Source of the DNA: Eledone cirrhosa
Taxonomy: Eukaryota
DNA: 64,000 nt
NCBI GenBank assembly: GCA_964016885.1
Contig: CAXHJY010001576.1
Coordinates: 124,001-188,000 of the forward strand
Direction of reading: 5' to 3'
This document shows positions 13,570-26,058 of this stretch, piece after piece. The first letter of the stretch is position 1. Each line of letters begins with the position of its first letter. A model generated the notes under the pieces. It saw only the letters and a list, made by a program, of their open reading frames with translations, had not been told where the DNA came from and made no database searches. A program made the position numbers and the translations under genes.

Positions 13570-14060
13570 AGCAACAATTGAACATCAATAGCAACAACAA
13601 CAGACCAATAGCAACACTATTAGATCACTAGCATTAATAATAGATCAATAACAATAATAGTTGATAAATAGCAACATCAGCAGGTCAATAACAATAGCAG
13701 TAAATCAATAACAATAGTACCAGACCAATAACAACAACAGTAGATCGATAGCAACAATAATAATAGAGCGTAAAAAAACACTACCAGACCATAACAGCAA
13801 CAATAGACCGATAGCAACAATAATAGTAGAGCGTAAGAAACACTATCAGATCAATAACAACGACAGTAGATCGATAGCAACAATAATAATAGATCGTAAG
13901 AAACACTACTAGATCAATAGCAACGACAGTAGATCGATAGCAACAATAATAATAGATCATAAGAAACACTACCAGATCAATAACGACAGCAGCTGATCGA
14001 TAAAAAGTAGAGCAATAGCAACAGCAGCAGATCAATAGCAACAGCAGTAGATCAATAAGA
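13570..14060. repeat. Degenerate ~60-bp minisatellite (agatcgatagcaacaataataatagatcgtaagaaacactac...)
   Basis: The unit recurs at about 13740, 13805, 13868 and 13930. Confidence 0.85.
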
Positions 14061-14119
14061 ACAACAGCATGAAAAGTAATAGCAATCAGATGTCTCTCAA
14101 ATATCGCTTTAAGATTAAA

Positions 14120-14171
14120 AAAATGGAAAATCATATTGGATAATGTAGTTTTAGATACATTGCTGCTGCTG

Positions 14172-14234
<63 letters not shown>

Positions 14235-14351
14235 ATCCCACCACTACCACCACCACCACCATCCCCAGCATCCCCTCACCCATCACTACTAAAACAATGG
14301 AAAGTCATATTGGATAATGTAGCTTTAGATACATTGCTGCTGCTGCTGCTG

Positions 14352-14406
<55 letters not shown>

Positions 14407-14516
14407 AACTACTACTACTGCTACTACTACTACAACTACTACTACTGCTACTACAACTACTACTACTGCTACTACTATTACTACTACTATTACAACTACT
14501 ACTACTACTACTACTG

Positions 14517-14552
<36 letters not shown>

Positions 14553-14626
14553 TTACAACTACTACTACTACTACTAATACCACCACCACCACCACCACCA
14601 CCACCACCACCACCACCACCACCACC

Positions 14627-14685
<59 letters not shown>

Positions 14686-14730
14686 CACCACCACCACCAC
14701 CACCACTACCACTACTACTACTACTACTAA
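14120..14730. repeat. (CTA)n/(CCA)n tract with a duplicated ~45-bp unique anchor
   Basis: tcatattggataatgtag(t/c)tttagatacattgctgctg occurs at 14131 and 14306. Confidence 0.9.
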
Positions 14731-15102
14731 ACCCAGAAATTATGAAAACTAAACTGAAATGGAATGCCATGCTAAAGTGATGGCTAGGTTATCTCCAATG
14801 TTACCAATCACTGAATTAAATATATTGAGTGAAGAAAGAAATATTGCATCACTGGCTTAGTATCTCTGTATCTATACAATGTGTTTAGAACTACTGGACT
14901 GACAGTGGAAACAAATGGATATTCGATTGTGTCACGGGATCAAAGTCTTACTACCGAGACCACAAAGGGCATGTGATGAAGACGATTAAATTAAGTATCT
15001 GCAGAATATGTGGAGACGGGAAGAAACAACTAACGACATTGCCAAGAAAATGTACTTTGTCAGACACGATACAGTTGGGGTTATGCCAGCATAATAAAAT
15101 AT

Positions 15103-15270
15103 AATTGTTTCTATTTTTGGCACAAGGCCAGCAAATTACCCAGTGCATTACTGGTACTTTATTTTATCGACCCCCGTAAGGATGAAAGGTAAAGTTAACC
15201 TCGGCGGGATTTGAACTCAGAATGGCAAGGGCCGTAACTATGCGTCAAAGCATGGCGTCCGACCCTTGCC
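15103..15270 (-). mobile_element. SINE family 1
   Basis: Consensus match. Confidence 0.92.
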
Positions 15271-15328
15271 ATTTTATATGTATAGTTTATATGTATGCAT
15301 ACATGCCTACATAGATACATGCATCATA

Positions 15329-15420
<92 letters not shown>

Positions 15421-15421
15421 C

Positions 15422-15460
<39 letters not shown>

Positions 15461-15649
15461 AGTATGTATGTATGTATGTATGTATGTATGTATGTATGTA
15501 TGTATGTATGTATGTATGTATGTATGTATGTATAAACAAACAAAAAGCTAAAAGAACTAGAATACGGAAAAGTTTAATCTGAATGTAGGAAAATTAAAAT
15601 CCAATAAAAATATTAAAACAGAAAATGTGTAATGGTGTCAGTTACAGTG

Positions 15650-17360
15650 ATGAGATGGTGGTGGTGGTGGTGGTGGTGGAGATAGTTGTGGTGGTGGTAG
15701 TGATTTTGGTGGTAGTGGTGGTGGTGGTAGTGATGGTGGTGGTGGTGATGGAGATAGTTGTGTTGGTGGTAGAGGTAGTTGTAGTGATGGTGGAGGTAGT
15801 TGTGGTGGTGGTGATAGGTGTGATGGTGGTGGTGGAGGTAGTTGTGGAGGTGGTGGTAGTGTTGGTGATGGTAGTGTTGGTGGTGATAGTGTTGGTGGTG
15901 GTAGTGTTGGTGGTGGTAGTGTTGGTGGTGGTAGTGTTGGTGGTGGTAGTGTTGGTGGTGGTAGTGTTGGTGGTGGTGGTATTGGTGGTGGTAGTGTTGG
16001 TGGTGGTAGTGTTGGTGGTGGTAGTGTTGGTAGTAGTAGTGTTGTAGGTGGTAGTGTTGGTGGTGGTGGTATTGGTGGTGGTAGTGTTTGTGGTGGTAGT
16101 GGCAGTGTTGGTAGTTGTAGTGTTGGTGGTGGTAGTGTTGGTGGTGGTAGTGTTGGTGGTGGTAGTGTTGGTGGTGGTAGTGTTGGTGGTGGTAGTGTTG
16201 GTGGTGGTAGTGTTGGTGGTGGTAGTGTTGGTGGAGGTAGTGTTGGTGGCCGTAGTGTTGGTGGTGGTAGTGTTCGTGGTGGTAGTGTTGGTGGTGGTAG
16301 TGTTGTTGGTGGTAGTGTTGGTGGTGGTAGTGTTGGTGGTGGTAGTGGTGGTAGTGGCAGTGTTGGTGGTGGTAGTGTTCGTGGTGGTAGTGTTGGTGGT
16401 GGTAGTGTTGTTGGTGGTAGTGTTGGTGGTGGTAGTGATGGTGGTAGTGTTGGTGGTGGCAGTGTTGGTAGTTGTAGTGTAGGTGGTGAATGTAGTGTTG
16501 GTAGTTGTAGTGTAGGTGGTGGTAGTGTTGGTGGTGGTAGTGTTGGTGGTGGTAGTGTTGGTGATGGTAGTGTTGGTGGTAATAGTGTTGGTGGTGGTAG
16601 TGTTGGTGGTGGTAGTGTTGGTGGTGGTACTGTTGGTGGTGGCAGTGTTGGTAGTTGTAGTGTAGGTGGTGGTAGTGTTGGTGGTGGCAGTGTTGGTAGT
16701 TGTAGTGTAGGTGGTGATGGTAGTGTTGGTGGTGGTAGTGTTGGTGGTGGCAGTGTTGGTAGTTGTAGTGTAGGTGGTGATGGTAGTGTAGGTGGTGGTA
16801 GTGTTGGTGGTGGTAGTGTTGGTGGTGGTAGAGTTGGTGGTAGTAGTATTGGTAATAGTAGTGTTGGTGGTGGTAGTGTTGGTGGTGGTAGTGTTGGTGG
16901 TGGTAGTGTTGGTGATGGCAGTGTTGGTAGTTGTAGTGTAGGTGGTGATGGTAGTGTTGGTGGTGGTAGTGTTGGTGGTGGTAGAGTTGGTGGTAGTAGT
17001 ATTGGTAATAGTAGTGTTGGTGGTGGTAGTGTTGGTGGTGGTAGTGTTGGTGGTGGTAGTGTTGGTGGTGGTAATGTTGGTGGTAGTGTTGGTAAATTAT
17101 GGTGGTTGAGGAGGTGGTGGTGGTGGAGATAGTAGTGTTGAGATGGTAGTGTTGGTGGTAGTGTTGTCAGTAGCTGTGATAGAGCTCGTGGATGGTGTGG
17201 GGGGAGACAGTGGTGGTGGAGGCGGTGGTGGAGATGGTAGTGTCGGTGGTGGTGATAGTGTTGGTGGTAGTACTGTTAGTGGTGGTAGTGTAGGTGGTAG
17301 TACTGTTGGTGGTAGTAGTGTTGGTGGTAGTAGTGTTGGTGGTAGTAGTGTTGTCAGTAG
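15650..17360. repeat. 15-bp minisatellite (ggtggtggtagtgtt)n
   Basis: Periodicity seen directly. Confidence 0.95.
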
Positions 17361-17399
17361 CTGTGGTAGAGCTCGTGGATTGTGTGTGTGTGTGTGGGG

Positions 17400-18305
17400 G
17401 ATGTTGGTGGTTGAGGTGGTGGAGGTGGTGGTGGAGATGGTGGTGGAGATGGTTGATGGAGGTGGTGGTGGAGAGGATGGAGGCGGTGGTGGAGATGATG
17501 GAGGCGGTGGTGGAGAGGATGGAGGCGGTGGTGGAGATGATGGAGGTGGTGGTGGAGAGGATGGAGGTGGTGGTGTAGATGATGGAGGTGGTGGTGGAGA
17601 TGATGATGGAGGTGGTGGTGGAGATGATGGAGGCGGTGGTGGAGATGATGATGGAGGTGGTGGTGGAGAGGATGGAGGCGGTGGTGGAGATGATGGAGGC
17701 GGTGGTGGAGAGGATGGAGGCGGTGGTGGAGATGATGGAGGCGGTGGTGGAGAGGATGGAGGCGGTGGTGGAGATGATGGAGGCGGTGGTGGAGAGGATG
17801 GAGGTGATGGTGGAGATGCTGGAGGTGGTGGTGGAGATGATGGAGGTGGTGGTGGAGATGATGATGGAGGTGGTGGTGGAGATGACGGAGGTGGTGGTGG
17901 AGATGATGATGGAGGCGGTGGTGGAGATGATGGAGGCGGTGGTGGAGATGATGGAGGCGGTGGTGGAGATGATGGAGGCGGTGGTGGAGATGACGGAGGT
18001 GGTGGTGGAGATGATGATGGAGGTGGTGGTGGAGATGATGGAGGTGGTGGTGGAGATGATGGAGGCGGTGGTGGAGATGATGATGGAGGTGGTGGTGGAG
18101 ATGATGACGGAGGTGGTGGTGGAGATGCTGGAGGTGGTGGTGGAGATGATGGAGGTGGTGGTGGAGATGATGATGGAGGCGGTGGTGGAGATGATGGAGG
18201 CGGTGGTGGAGATGATGGAGGCGGTGGTGGAGATGATGGAGGCGGTGGTGGAGATGATGATGGAGGTGGTGGTGGAGATGATGGAGGCGGTGGTGGAGAT
18301 GATGC
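17400..18305. repeat. 21/24-bp minisatellite (ggaggYggtggtggagatgat)n
   Basis: Periodicity seen directly. Confidence 0.95.
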
Positions 18306-18389
18306 GTGGGAGAGAGAATAAAACAGGAGAGAGGTTATGACAAAAACAAAATCGGAATAATCTGTTTAATGATGTCAGATAAAGAGATG

Positions 18390-20490
18390 AGGAGGTGAGG
18401 TGAAGTGAGTGCTAGTGGTGGGGCTGGTGGTGGTGGTGGTGGTGGTGGTAATGGTGGTGGTGATGGCGGTGGTGGTGGTGGTGGTGGTGGTGGTGGTGGT
18501 GGTGGTGGTGAAGTGAGTGCTAGTGGTGGGGCTGGTGGTGGTGGTGGTGGTGATGGTGATGGTGGTGGTGGTGGTGGTGGTGATGATGGTGGTGGTGGTG
18601 GTGGTGGTAGTGGTGATGGCGGTGGTGGTGGTGGTGAAGTGAGTGCTAGTGGTGGGGCTGGTGGTGGTGGTGGTGGTGGTGGTGATGGTGGTGGTGGTGG
18701 TGGTGTTGGTGAAGTGAGTGCTAGTGGTGGTGGTGGTGATGGTAGTGGTGATGGCGGTGGTGGTGGTGGTGGTGATGATGGTAGTGGTGGTGGTGATGGC
18801 GGTGGTGGTGGTGGTGATGATGGTGGTGGTGGTGGTGTTGGTGAAGTGAGGGGTAGTGGTGGGGCTGATGGTGGGGCTGGTGGTGGTGGTGGTGGTGGTG
18901 GTAGTGGTGGTGGTGGTGGTGGTGGTGGTGATGGTGGTGGTGGTGGTGGTGGTGGTGAAGTGAGTGCTAGTGGTGGGGCTGGTGGTGGTGGTGGTGGTGG
19001 TGGTGGTGATGGTGGTGGTGGTGGTGGTGTTGGTGAAGTGAGTGCTAGTGGTGGTGGTGGTGATGGTAGTGGTGATGGCGGTGGTGGTGGTGGTGGTGGT
19101 GATGATGGTGGTGGTGGTGGTGTTGGTGAAGTGAGGGGTTGTGGTGGGGCTGATGGTGGTGGTGGTGATGATGGTGGTAGTGGTGGTGGTGATGGTGGTG
19201 GTGGTGGTGTTGGTGAAGTGAGTGCTAGTGGTGGGGCTGGTGGTGGTGGTGGTGGTGGTGGTGATGGTAGTGGTGGTGGTGATGGCGGTGGTGGTGGTGG
19301 TGATGGCGGTGGTGGTGATGGTGGTGGTGGTGGTGTTGGTGAAGTGAGGGGTTGTGGTGGGGCTGGTGGTGGTGGTGGTGGTGGTGATGGTAGTGGTGGT
19401 GGTGATGGCGGTGGTGGTGGTGGTGGTGGTGGTGTTGGTGAAGTGAGTGCTAGTGGTGGGGCTGGTGGTGGTGGTGGTGGTGGTGATGATGGTAGTGGTG
19501 GTGGTGATGGCGGTGGTGGTGGTGGTGATGATGGTGGTGGTAGTGGTGTTGGTGAAGTGAGGGGTAGTGGTGGGGCTGATGGTGGTGGTGATGATGGTGG
19601 TGGTGGTGGTGTTGGTGAAGTGAGGGGTTGTGGTGGGGCTGGTGGTGGTGGTGGTGGTGGTGATGGTAGTGGTGGTGGTGATGGCGGTGGTGGTGGTGGT
19701 GGTGGTGGTGTTGGTGAAGTGAGTGCTAGTGGTGGGGCTGGTGGTGGTGGTGGTGGTGGTGGTGGTGGTGGTGGTGGTGGTGATGGTAGTGGTGGTGGTG
19801 ATGGCGGTGGTGGTGGTGATGATGGTGGTGGTGGTGGTGTAGGTGAAGTGAGTGGTTGTGCTGGGGCTGATGGTGGTGGTAGTGGTGGTGAAATGAGTGG
19901 TTGCGGTGGGGCTGATGGTGGTGGTGGTGAAGTGAGTGGTTGTGGTGGTGGTGATAGTGAAGGTGATGGTCGTGGGGCTTATGGTGGTTGTGGTTGTGGT
20001 GATGGTGTCGGTGGTGGTGATGCAGGTGGTAGTGATGGTGGTTGGTGGTGGTGGTGGTGATGGGTGTGGTGATTGTGGGAGTGGTGATGGTTGTTGTGCT
20101 GATGTCCACGGTTGTGGTAGTGGTGATGATGATGGTGATGATGCTGGAATGGTGGTGGTGATAGTGGTGATAGTGGTTGTGGTGGTGGTGGTGATTGTTG
20201 TGGTTGAGGTGATGGTGGTGGTGGTGATAATTCTTTATGGTGGTGTTGGTGGTGACGGTTGTTGTGATTGTTGTGGTTAAGTTGATGGTGGAGATGGCGC
20301 TAATGGTTGAGGTGATGGTGGTGATGGTTGTGGTGGTGGTGGTAGTAGTGGTGATAGTTATGGTTGTGGTGATGGAGGTTGTAGTCATACTGGTGTTGTC
20401 GTTGTAGGTGGTGGTGGTTGAGGTTGTGGTAGCTGTGATTGCAGTGGTGGTGGTTTTACTCATTGTGGTAGTGTACTGTTGTTATTGTTG
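18390..20490. repeat. (GGT)n field with recurrent anchor ggtgaagtgagtgctagtggtggggct
   Basis: The anchor and its variants recur roughly 15-20 times among GGT runs and degenerate toward 20.4 kb. Confidence 0.93.
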
Positions 20491-20499
20491 GTGGTGGTG

Positions 20500-22380
20500 G
20501 TGGTAGTAGTGGTGGTTGTGATTGTAGTATCACTGTTGGTAGTGGTATTGGTGGTAGTAGTTGTGGTGGTGGCATTATGATGGTAGTAGTGGTGGTTGTG
20601 ATTGTAGTATCACTGTTGGTGGTGCGTATTGGTGGTAGTAGTTGTGGTGGTGGCATTATGATGGTAGTAGTGGTGGTTGTGATTGTAGTATCACTGTTGG
20701 TGGTGCGTATTGGTGGTAGTAGTTGTGGTGGTGGCATTATAATGGTAGTAGTGGTGGTTGTGATTGTAGTATCACTGTTGGTGGTGCGTATTGGTGGTAG
20801 TAGTGGTGGTGGTGGTATTATGATGGTAGTAGTGGTGGTTGTGATTGTAGTATCACTGTTGGTGGTGCGTATTGGTGGTAGTAGTTGTGGTGGTGGGATT
20901 ATGAAAGGTAGTAGTGGTGGTTGTGATTGTAGTATCACTGTTGGTGGTGGTATTGGTGGTAGTAGTTGTGGTGGTGGCATTATGATGGTAGTAGTGGTGG
21001 TTGTGATTGTAGTATCACTGTTGGTGGTGGTATTGGTGGTAGTAGTTGTGGTGGTGGCATTGTGATGTAGTAGTGGTGGTTGTGATTGTAGTATCACTGT
21101 TGGTGGTGCGTATTGGTGGTAGTAGTTGTGGTGGTGGCATTATAATGGTAGTAGTGGTGGTTGTGATTGTAGTATCACTGTTGGTGGTGCGTATTGGTGG
21201 TAGTATTTGTGGTGCTGGCATTATGATGGTAGTAGTGGTGGTTATGATTGTAGTATCACTGTTGGTGGTGGTATTGGTGGTAGTAGTTGTGGTGCTGGCA
21301 TTATGATGGTAGTAGTGGTGGTTGTGACTGTAGTATCACTGTTGGTGGTGGTATTGGTGGTAGTAGTTGTGGTGGTGGCATTGTGATGTAGTAGTGGTGG
21401 TTGTGATTGTAGTATCACTGTTGGTGGTGCGTATTGGTGGTAGTAGTTGTGGTGGTGGCATTATAATGGTAGTAGTGGTGGTTGTGATTGTAGTATCACT
21501 GTTGGTGGTGGTATTGGTGGTAGTAGTTGTGGTGGTGGCATTATGATGGTAGTAGTGGTGGTTGTGATTGTAGTATCACTGTTGGTGGTGGTATTGGTGG
21601 TAGTAGTTGTGGTGGTGGCATTGTGATGTAGTAGTGGTGGTTGTGATTGTAGTATCACTGTTGGTGGTGCGTATTGGTGGTAGTAGTTGTGGTGGTGGCA
21701 TTATAATGGTAGTAGTGGTGGTTGTGATTGTAGTATCACTGTTGGTGGTGCGTATTGGTGGTAGTATTTGTGGTGCTGGCATTATGATGGTAGTAGTGGT
21801 GGTTATGATTGTAGTATCACTGTTGGTGGTGGTATTGGTGGTAGTAGTTGTGGTGCTGGCATTATGATGGTAGTAGTGGTGGTTGTGACTGTAGTATCAC
21901 TGTTGGTGGTGCATATTGGTGGTAGTAGTTGTGGTGGTGGTATTATGATGGTAGTAGTGGTGGTTGTGATTGTAGTATCACTGTTGGTGGTGCGTATTGG
22001 TGGTAGTAGTTGTGGTGGTGGCATTATGATGGTAGTAGTGGTGGTTGTGATTGTAGTATCACTGTTGGTGGTGCGTATTGGTGGTAGTAGTTGTGGTGGT
22101 GGCATTATGATGGTAGTAGTGGTGGTTGTGACTGTAGTATCACTGTTGGTGGTGCGTATTGGTGGTAGTAGTTGTGGTGGTGGCATTGTGATGTAGTAGT
22201 GGTGGTTGTGATTGTAGTATCACTGTTGGTGGTGGTATTGGTGGTAGTAGTTGTGGTGGTGGCATTATGAAAGGTAGTAGTGGTGGTTGTGATTGTAGTA
22301 TTACTGTTGGTGGTGCGTATTGGTGGTAGTAGTTGTGGTGGTGGCATTATGAAAGGTAGTAGTGGTGGTTGTGATTGCGA
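20500..22380. repeat. ~80-bp tandem repeat, ~23 copies
   Basis: The marker attgtagtatcactgttggt occurs at 20521, 20601, 20682 ..., a period of about 79-81. Confidence 0.95.
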
Positions 22381-22622
22381 CGATGGTTCTTTTAATGAAT
22401 GTGGTGGCGTAGTATCACTGCTGGTGGTGGTTTTGGCGGTAGTAGTTGTGTGGTGGTGATAACAGTAGAAACAGTAGTGGTGATGGAGATATTACAGCAG
22501 GACTGTAGAAAGAATGTGGGGACGCGGGCAATGTTGACAGATTGGAACTTGGTGGGTTAGAGGGGAGAAAACGGAAAGTCAGCGAGGTAGAGATAGATAG
22601 GCAGATAGATAGATAGAGAAAG

Positions 22623-22686
<64 letters not shown>

Positions 22687-22787
22687 AGAGAGGTGGGGGG
22701 GTGTCACTATAAATAAAAAAAATGCTGGAAGATAAATAAATACATATATAGATAAATAGATAGACTAATAGATAGATAGATAGATAT

Positions 22788-22993
22788 GTTTCTTTATTAG
22801 CCACAGTGGCACAAAAGAAGGGGACAAATACAAAGGGGGAAGTTTACATACAATAAAAACGTGTAAAATATTATCACAAATGCAATTTAAAAATTAGTCG
22901 ATTTTCCCCAATAGGGGAAGACAGTTCATATGGGTAACACATACCCCCGAAAAAAATGTGCAACCCTCATCTCCAGGAGTACGAAGAGTTTGT
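22788..22993 (-). mobile_element. Tx1-like LINE 3' UTR fragment inside (GATA)n
   Basis: Near-identical reverse complement of 57335-57540. Ends tgtggctaataaagaaa with GATA repeats on both sides. Confidence 0.85.
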
Positions 22994-23020
22994 AAGATAG
23001 ATAAATAGATAGATAGATAA

Positions 23021-23064
<44 letters not shown>

Positions 23065-23209
23065 GAAGTTAGATAGGTAGATAGGTAGGCAGGTGCGTAG
23101 ATATCTAAGATGAGAGATAGAAAAATAGGTAGATTAGTTGATTGATAGATGTAAGTAGGTATATATGTAAATAGATAGATATCTTTCTTTATTGGTAAAT
23201 AGATAGATA

Positions 23210-24727
23210 TATTTCTTTATTTGCCACAAGGGCGCACAAGAAAAGGGGACAATACAAAGACACATGCCGGGGATTTTACATACAGTCGTGTAAAAATATT
23301 GAAACAAACAATTATAACAATCGAAATCCCCAATAGGGGGGAGGCGCGACAAATAGGTTGTTTAATACCCCGTCGATAGAACAACCCTCAACTTCAGGAG
23401 CGTGTTGCGCAAATGCTCCTTTCTTCCTTTTGCTCTCTTCTTTAACCTACAGACTTATAAACAGAGAAGGCCAAATCATTCGGGCCATTTTCGCTTCATT
23501 CACCCACCTTTCAGTAAATTCTCCTTCTAAAGTGATACTTAAAGAAGGGAATCAATTGTTGTCCGGAGAGAAAGGCATCTGTCCTCAGTCCTCTCAATCT
23601 CGTCCACCATATAACATTTTTCACCATAGACACTGTACAGAGGAAAACCGCCTCTCTTTCGTTTTTGAAAGAGGCTGGCGGTTTGATCCTTACTATGGAC
23701 TCGGCAGTCAACTGGATTTGTCCCATACGCGACAGCAGTTGTTCTGCATAGTTCCACAGGTCGCTTACGCCCGGGCAATGTACAATTGCGCGCAAGACGG
23801 TTTCAATGTACTGCTCGCATCTTGGACACGTCCTCTTGGAAGGATCCCTGCCGGTGCGTCCGTGCCTATAGATCTTGTCTCGAACGGGTAGAGCTCCTCG
23901 GTAGCACTGCCAGGCCAGGTACCTCTGGAAGTTGTCCATAGGTCCCGGGCGGAAAGTCCTACCGAACAGATTGGTGAGCTCGTCGTCTTCGACGCCCAGA
24001 GTCTCCCCGAGCTCGTCGTCGCACTTGTAAAGTACTAACCCTCTATAAAATGTCGACGTGGGGTCCCCACTGATTGGTGCCCGCTTGAGAGAGGACTGTG
24101 AGCGCCTGGGGGCATTCAATGTGCCAGACGCCCATCTTCTTCAGTCTTCGCTTGACCCAGGACTGCAGCTCCGTCAGCGAGACAAGTTGTGGGAAGGCTT
24201 GTCTCACCAACGTTGCCCACACCGGTTGGTCAGTGAGGAATACCTGGAGATGCCGTAGCCTCAGCGCATGTTTGCGCATCATTAGCCACGGCATGCCCAG
24301 CCCTCCATTGGAAGGGTGTTGAGAGCAGACGGATCTCCTCACCAGTGGAGCCTGCTTCTTCCACAGGAACTGGAAGAGCATGCGTTCCATCTTGGTGAGG
24401 TATTCACGGGGACAAGGTACGACAGTCAAGCGGTAGTAGATGATGGACGCTATGAAAGTGTTCGCCACCTCCGCTCAACCTTTCAAAGACAGTTTGCACT
24501 CTGCCCACTTCTGGGTGAGCGCAAATACCTTGGCCATGACCTCGTTCCAGTTTTTCTCTACCTGGAGGTCTGGACCGAACCAGACCCCGAGCAATTTCAC
24601 TGGTCCTTCCGTCCAGCGTCCGCCGACGCTGTCAGACGGCATCGGTTTGCCTCTCCACGTTCCGAGTTGCAAACCGACAGACTTGTCCGGGTTCAGTTTT
24701 GCTCCTGTGAACCTTTCGTATTCCTGT
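23210..24727 (-). mobile_element. 5'-truncated Tx1-clade (L1 group) LINE: ORF2 thumb, C-terminal Zn-knuckle region and 3' UTR, with stops/frameshifts
   Basis: YERFTGAKLNPDKS...PVKLLGVWFG...KLSLKG*...LFQFLWKK...GGLGMP...LAWQCYRGALPVRDKIYRHG...CPRCEQYIETVLRAIVHCP...VIWWTRL. Confidence 0.9.
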
Positions 24728-24860
24728 AGTAGATAGATAGGTAGGTATTTAGGTGAGTATGTAGTTAGATTGTTAGACAGATTACAGACAGTCAGATAGA
24801 TAGATAGATGGATAGATAGATGTTTAGGTAGAGTGAGAGAAAATTAGTTAGGTAGAGTAA

Positions 24861-25164
24861 AGACACGTAGCCAGTGGTTAAGGTAATTCGTAAGGTTGTG
24901 AGTTCGATTCCCGGCGGAGCGTTGTGTCCTTAAGCAAAACACTTTATTCCATGTTGTTTCAGTCCACCCAGCTGGAAAAATGAGTTGTACCTGTAATTCG
25001 AAGGACCAGGTTTGTCACATTTTGTGTCATGCTGAATCTCCCTGAGAACAACGTTATGGGTAAACGTTAAAGAAGGCTTACTAATTTGTACGTTAAATTC
25101 ACGAGCAGGCTGTTCCGATGATCGAAACAACTGGAATATTCCTCGTCGCAACCAACGGAGTGTC
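24861..25164 (+). mobile_element. SINE family 2 (tail type a)
   Basis: Head ccagtggttaagg...gagttcgattccc, core tgtgtccttaagcaaaacacttt, tail cacgagcaggctgttccgatgatcg. The tail also occurs decayed at ~40000-40100. Confidence 0.85.
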
Positions 25165-26012
25165 AGCTTGGGTCGGTATCTAAGCAGTCGGTAGGTAAGT
25201 AGGTACGTGTATAGTCGTAGGTAGGTAAGTAGGTACGTGTATAGGCTGGAAGGTAGGTAAGTGAATACTAGGTAGGTAGATAGTGATGTAGAATTCGAAG
25301 AAAGCAAAGAAAGAAAGAAAGAAGAGGGGAGCGGGAGGGGGAGAGAAAAGGGGGAAGCAAGATCTTATGTAGAGAAGTGAGTAGATGACAGGCTGGCGTG
25401 TATTAGGTTGTTTGTAATACGATAGGTTACATACAGATAGATAGAGATAGATAGATAAATAGATAGATAGCTATAGAGAGATGTGGAGAGAAGACAGGGG
25501 GAGAGAGAGAGAGTGAGAGGGGGGGGGGAGGCTTTCAAAGCGGAGTTAATGAAGATTGTGTATTAAAGAAATTAATGTAGAAGAAAGGAAAGAACGTTCA
25601 GAGAGAAAGAACAGAAGGAAGGAAGTAAGAAAGGAAAGAAAGAAGAGAAAAAGAAAGGAAAAGAAGAAACAAAAAAATCTAGAAAGGGGAAAAAACGGTG
25701 AGGCCGAGGTTAGAAACAAAAGACTTGAGATAGAAAGAGGTGTGTAGGGGGGGGGGGGGGGTACACATATCAGTGTAGGAAGAGGGAAAGGATGAGGAGG
25801 ATTAACGAAGGGGAATAGATTATAGTTAAGTTAGTGGTGTATTTATTGTTTATTTTAGTTGTTGTTGTCTTTGTTGTTGTTATGGTTGTTTATAGGATAA
25901 ATAAACAAATAAACAACCATAGAAGAGTAAAAATATGAATAAAAAATAACATTCCAGAATATTCGGAGCCATTTTAAACAAAACAGTTTTCAATGAATGT
26001 ATTTCGTAGTTT

Positions 26013-26058
<46 letters not shown>

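Noticed and set aside
17143-20463. Long Gly-rich (392 aa, 551 aa) and His-rich ORFs resembling cephalopod structural proteins
   Set aside because: They lie wholly in GGT-derived minisatellites, where stop-free frames are expected. There is no signal peptide or unique domain. Only RNA-seq or proteomics could rescue them.
23358-24736. Plus-strand ORFs of 66-177 aa
   Set aside because: They are antisense shadows of the Tx1 ORF2.
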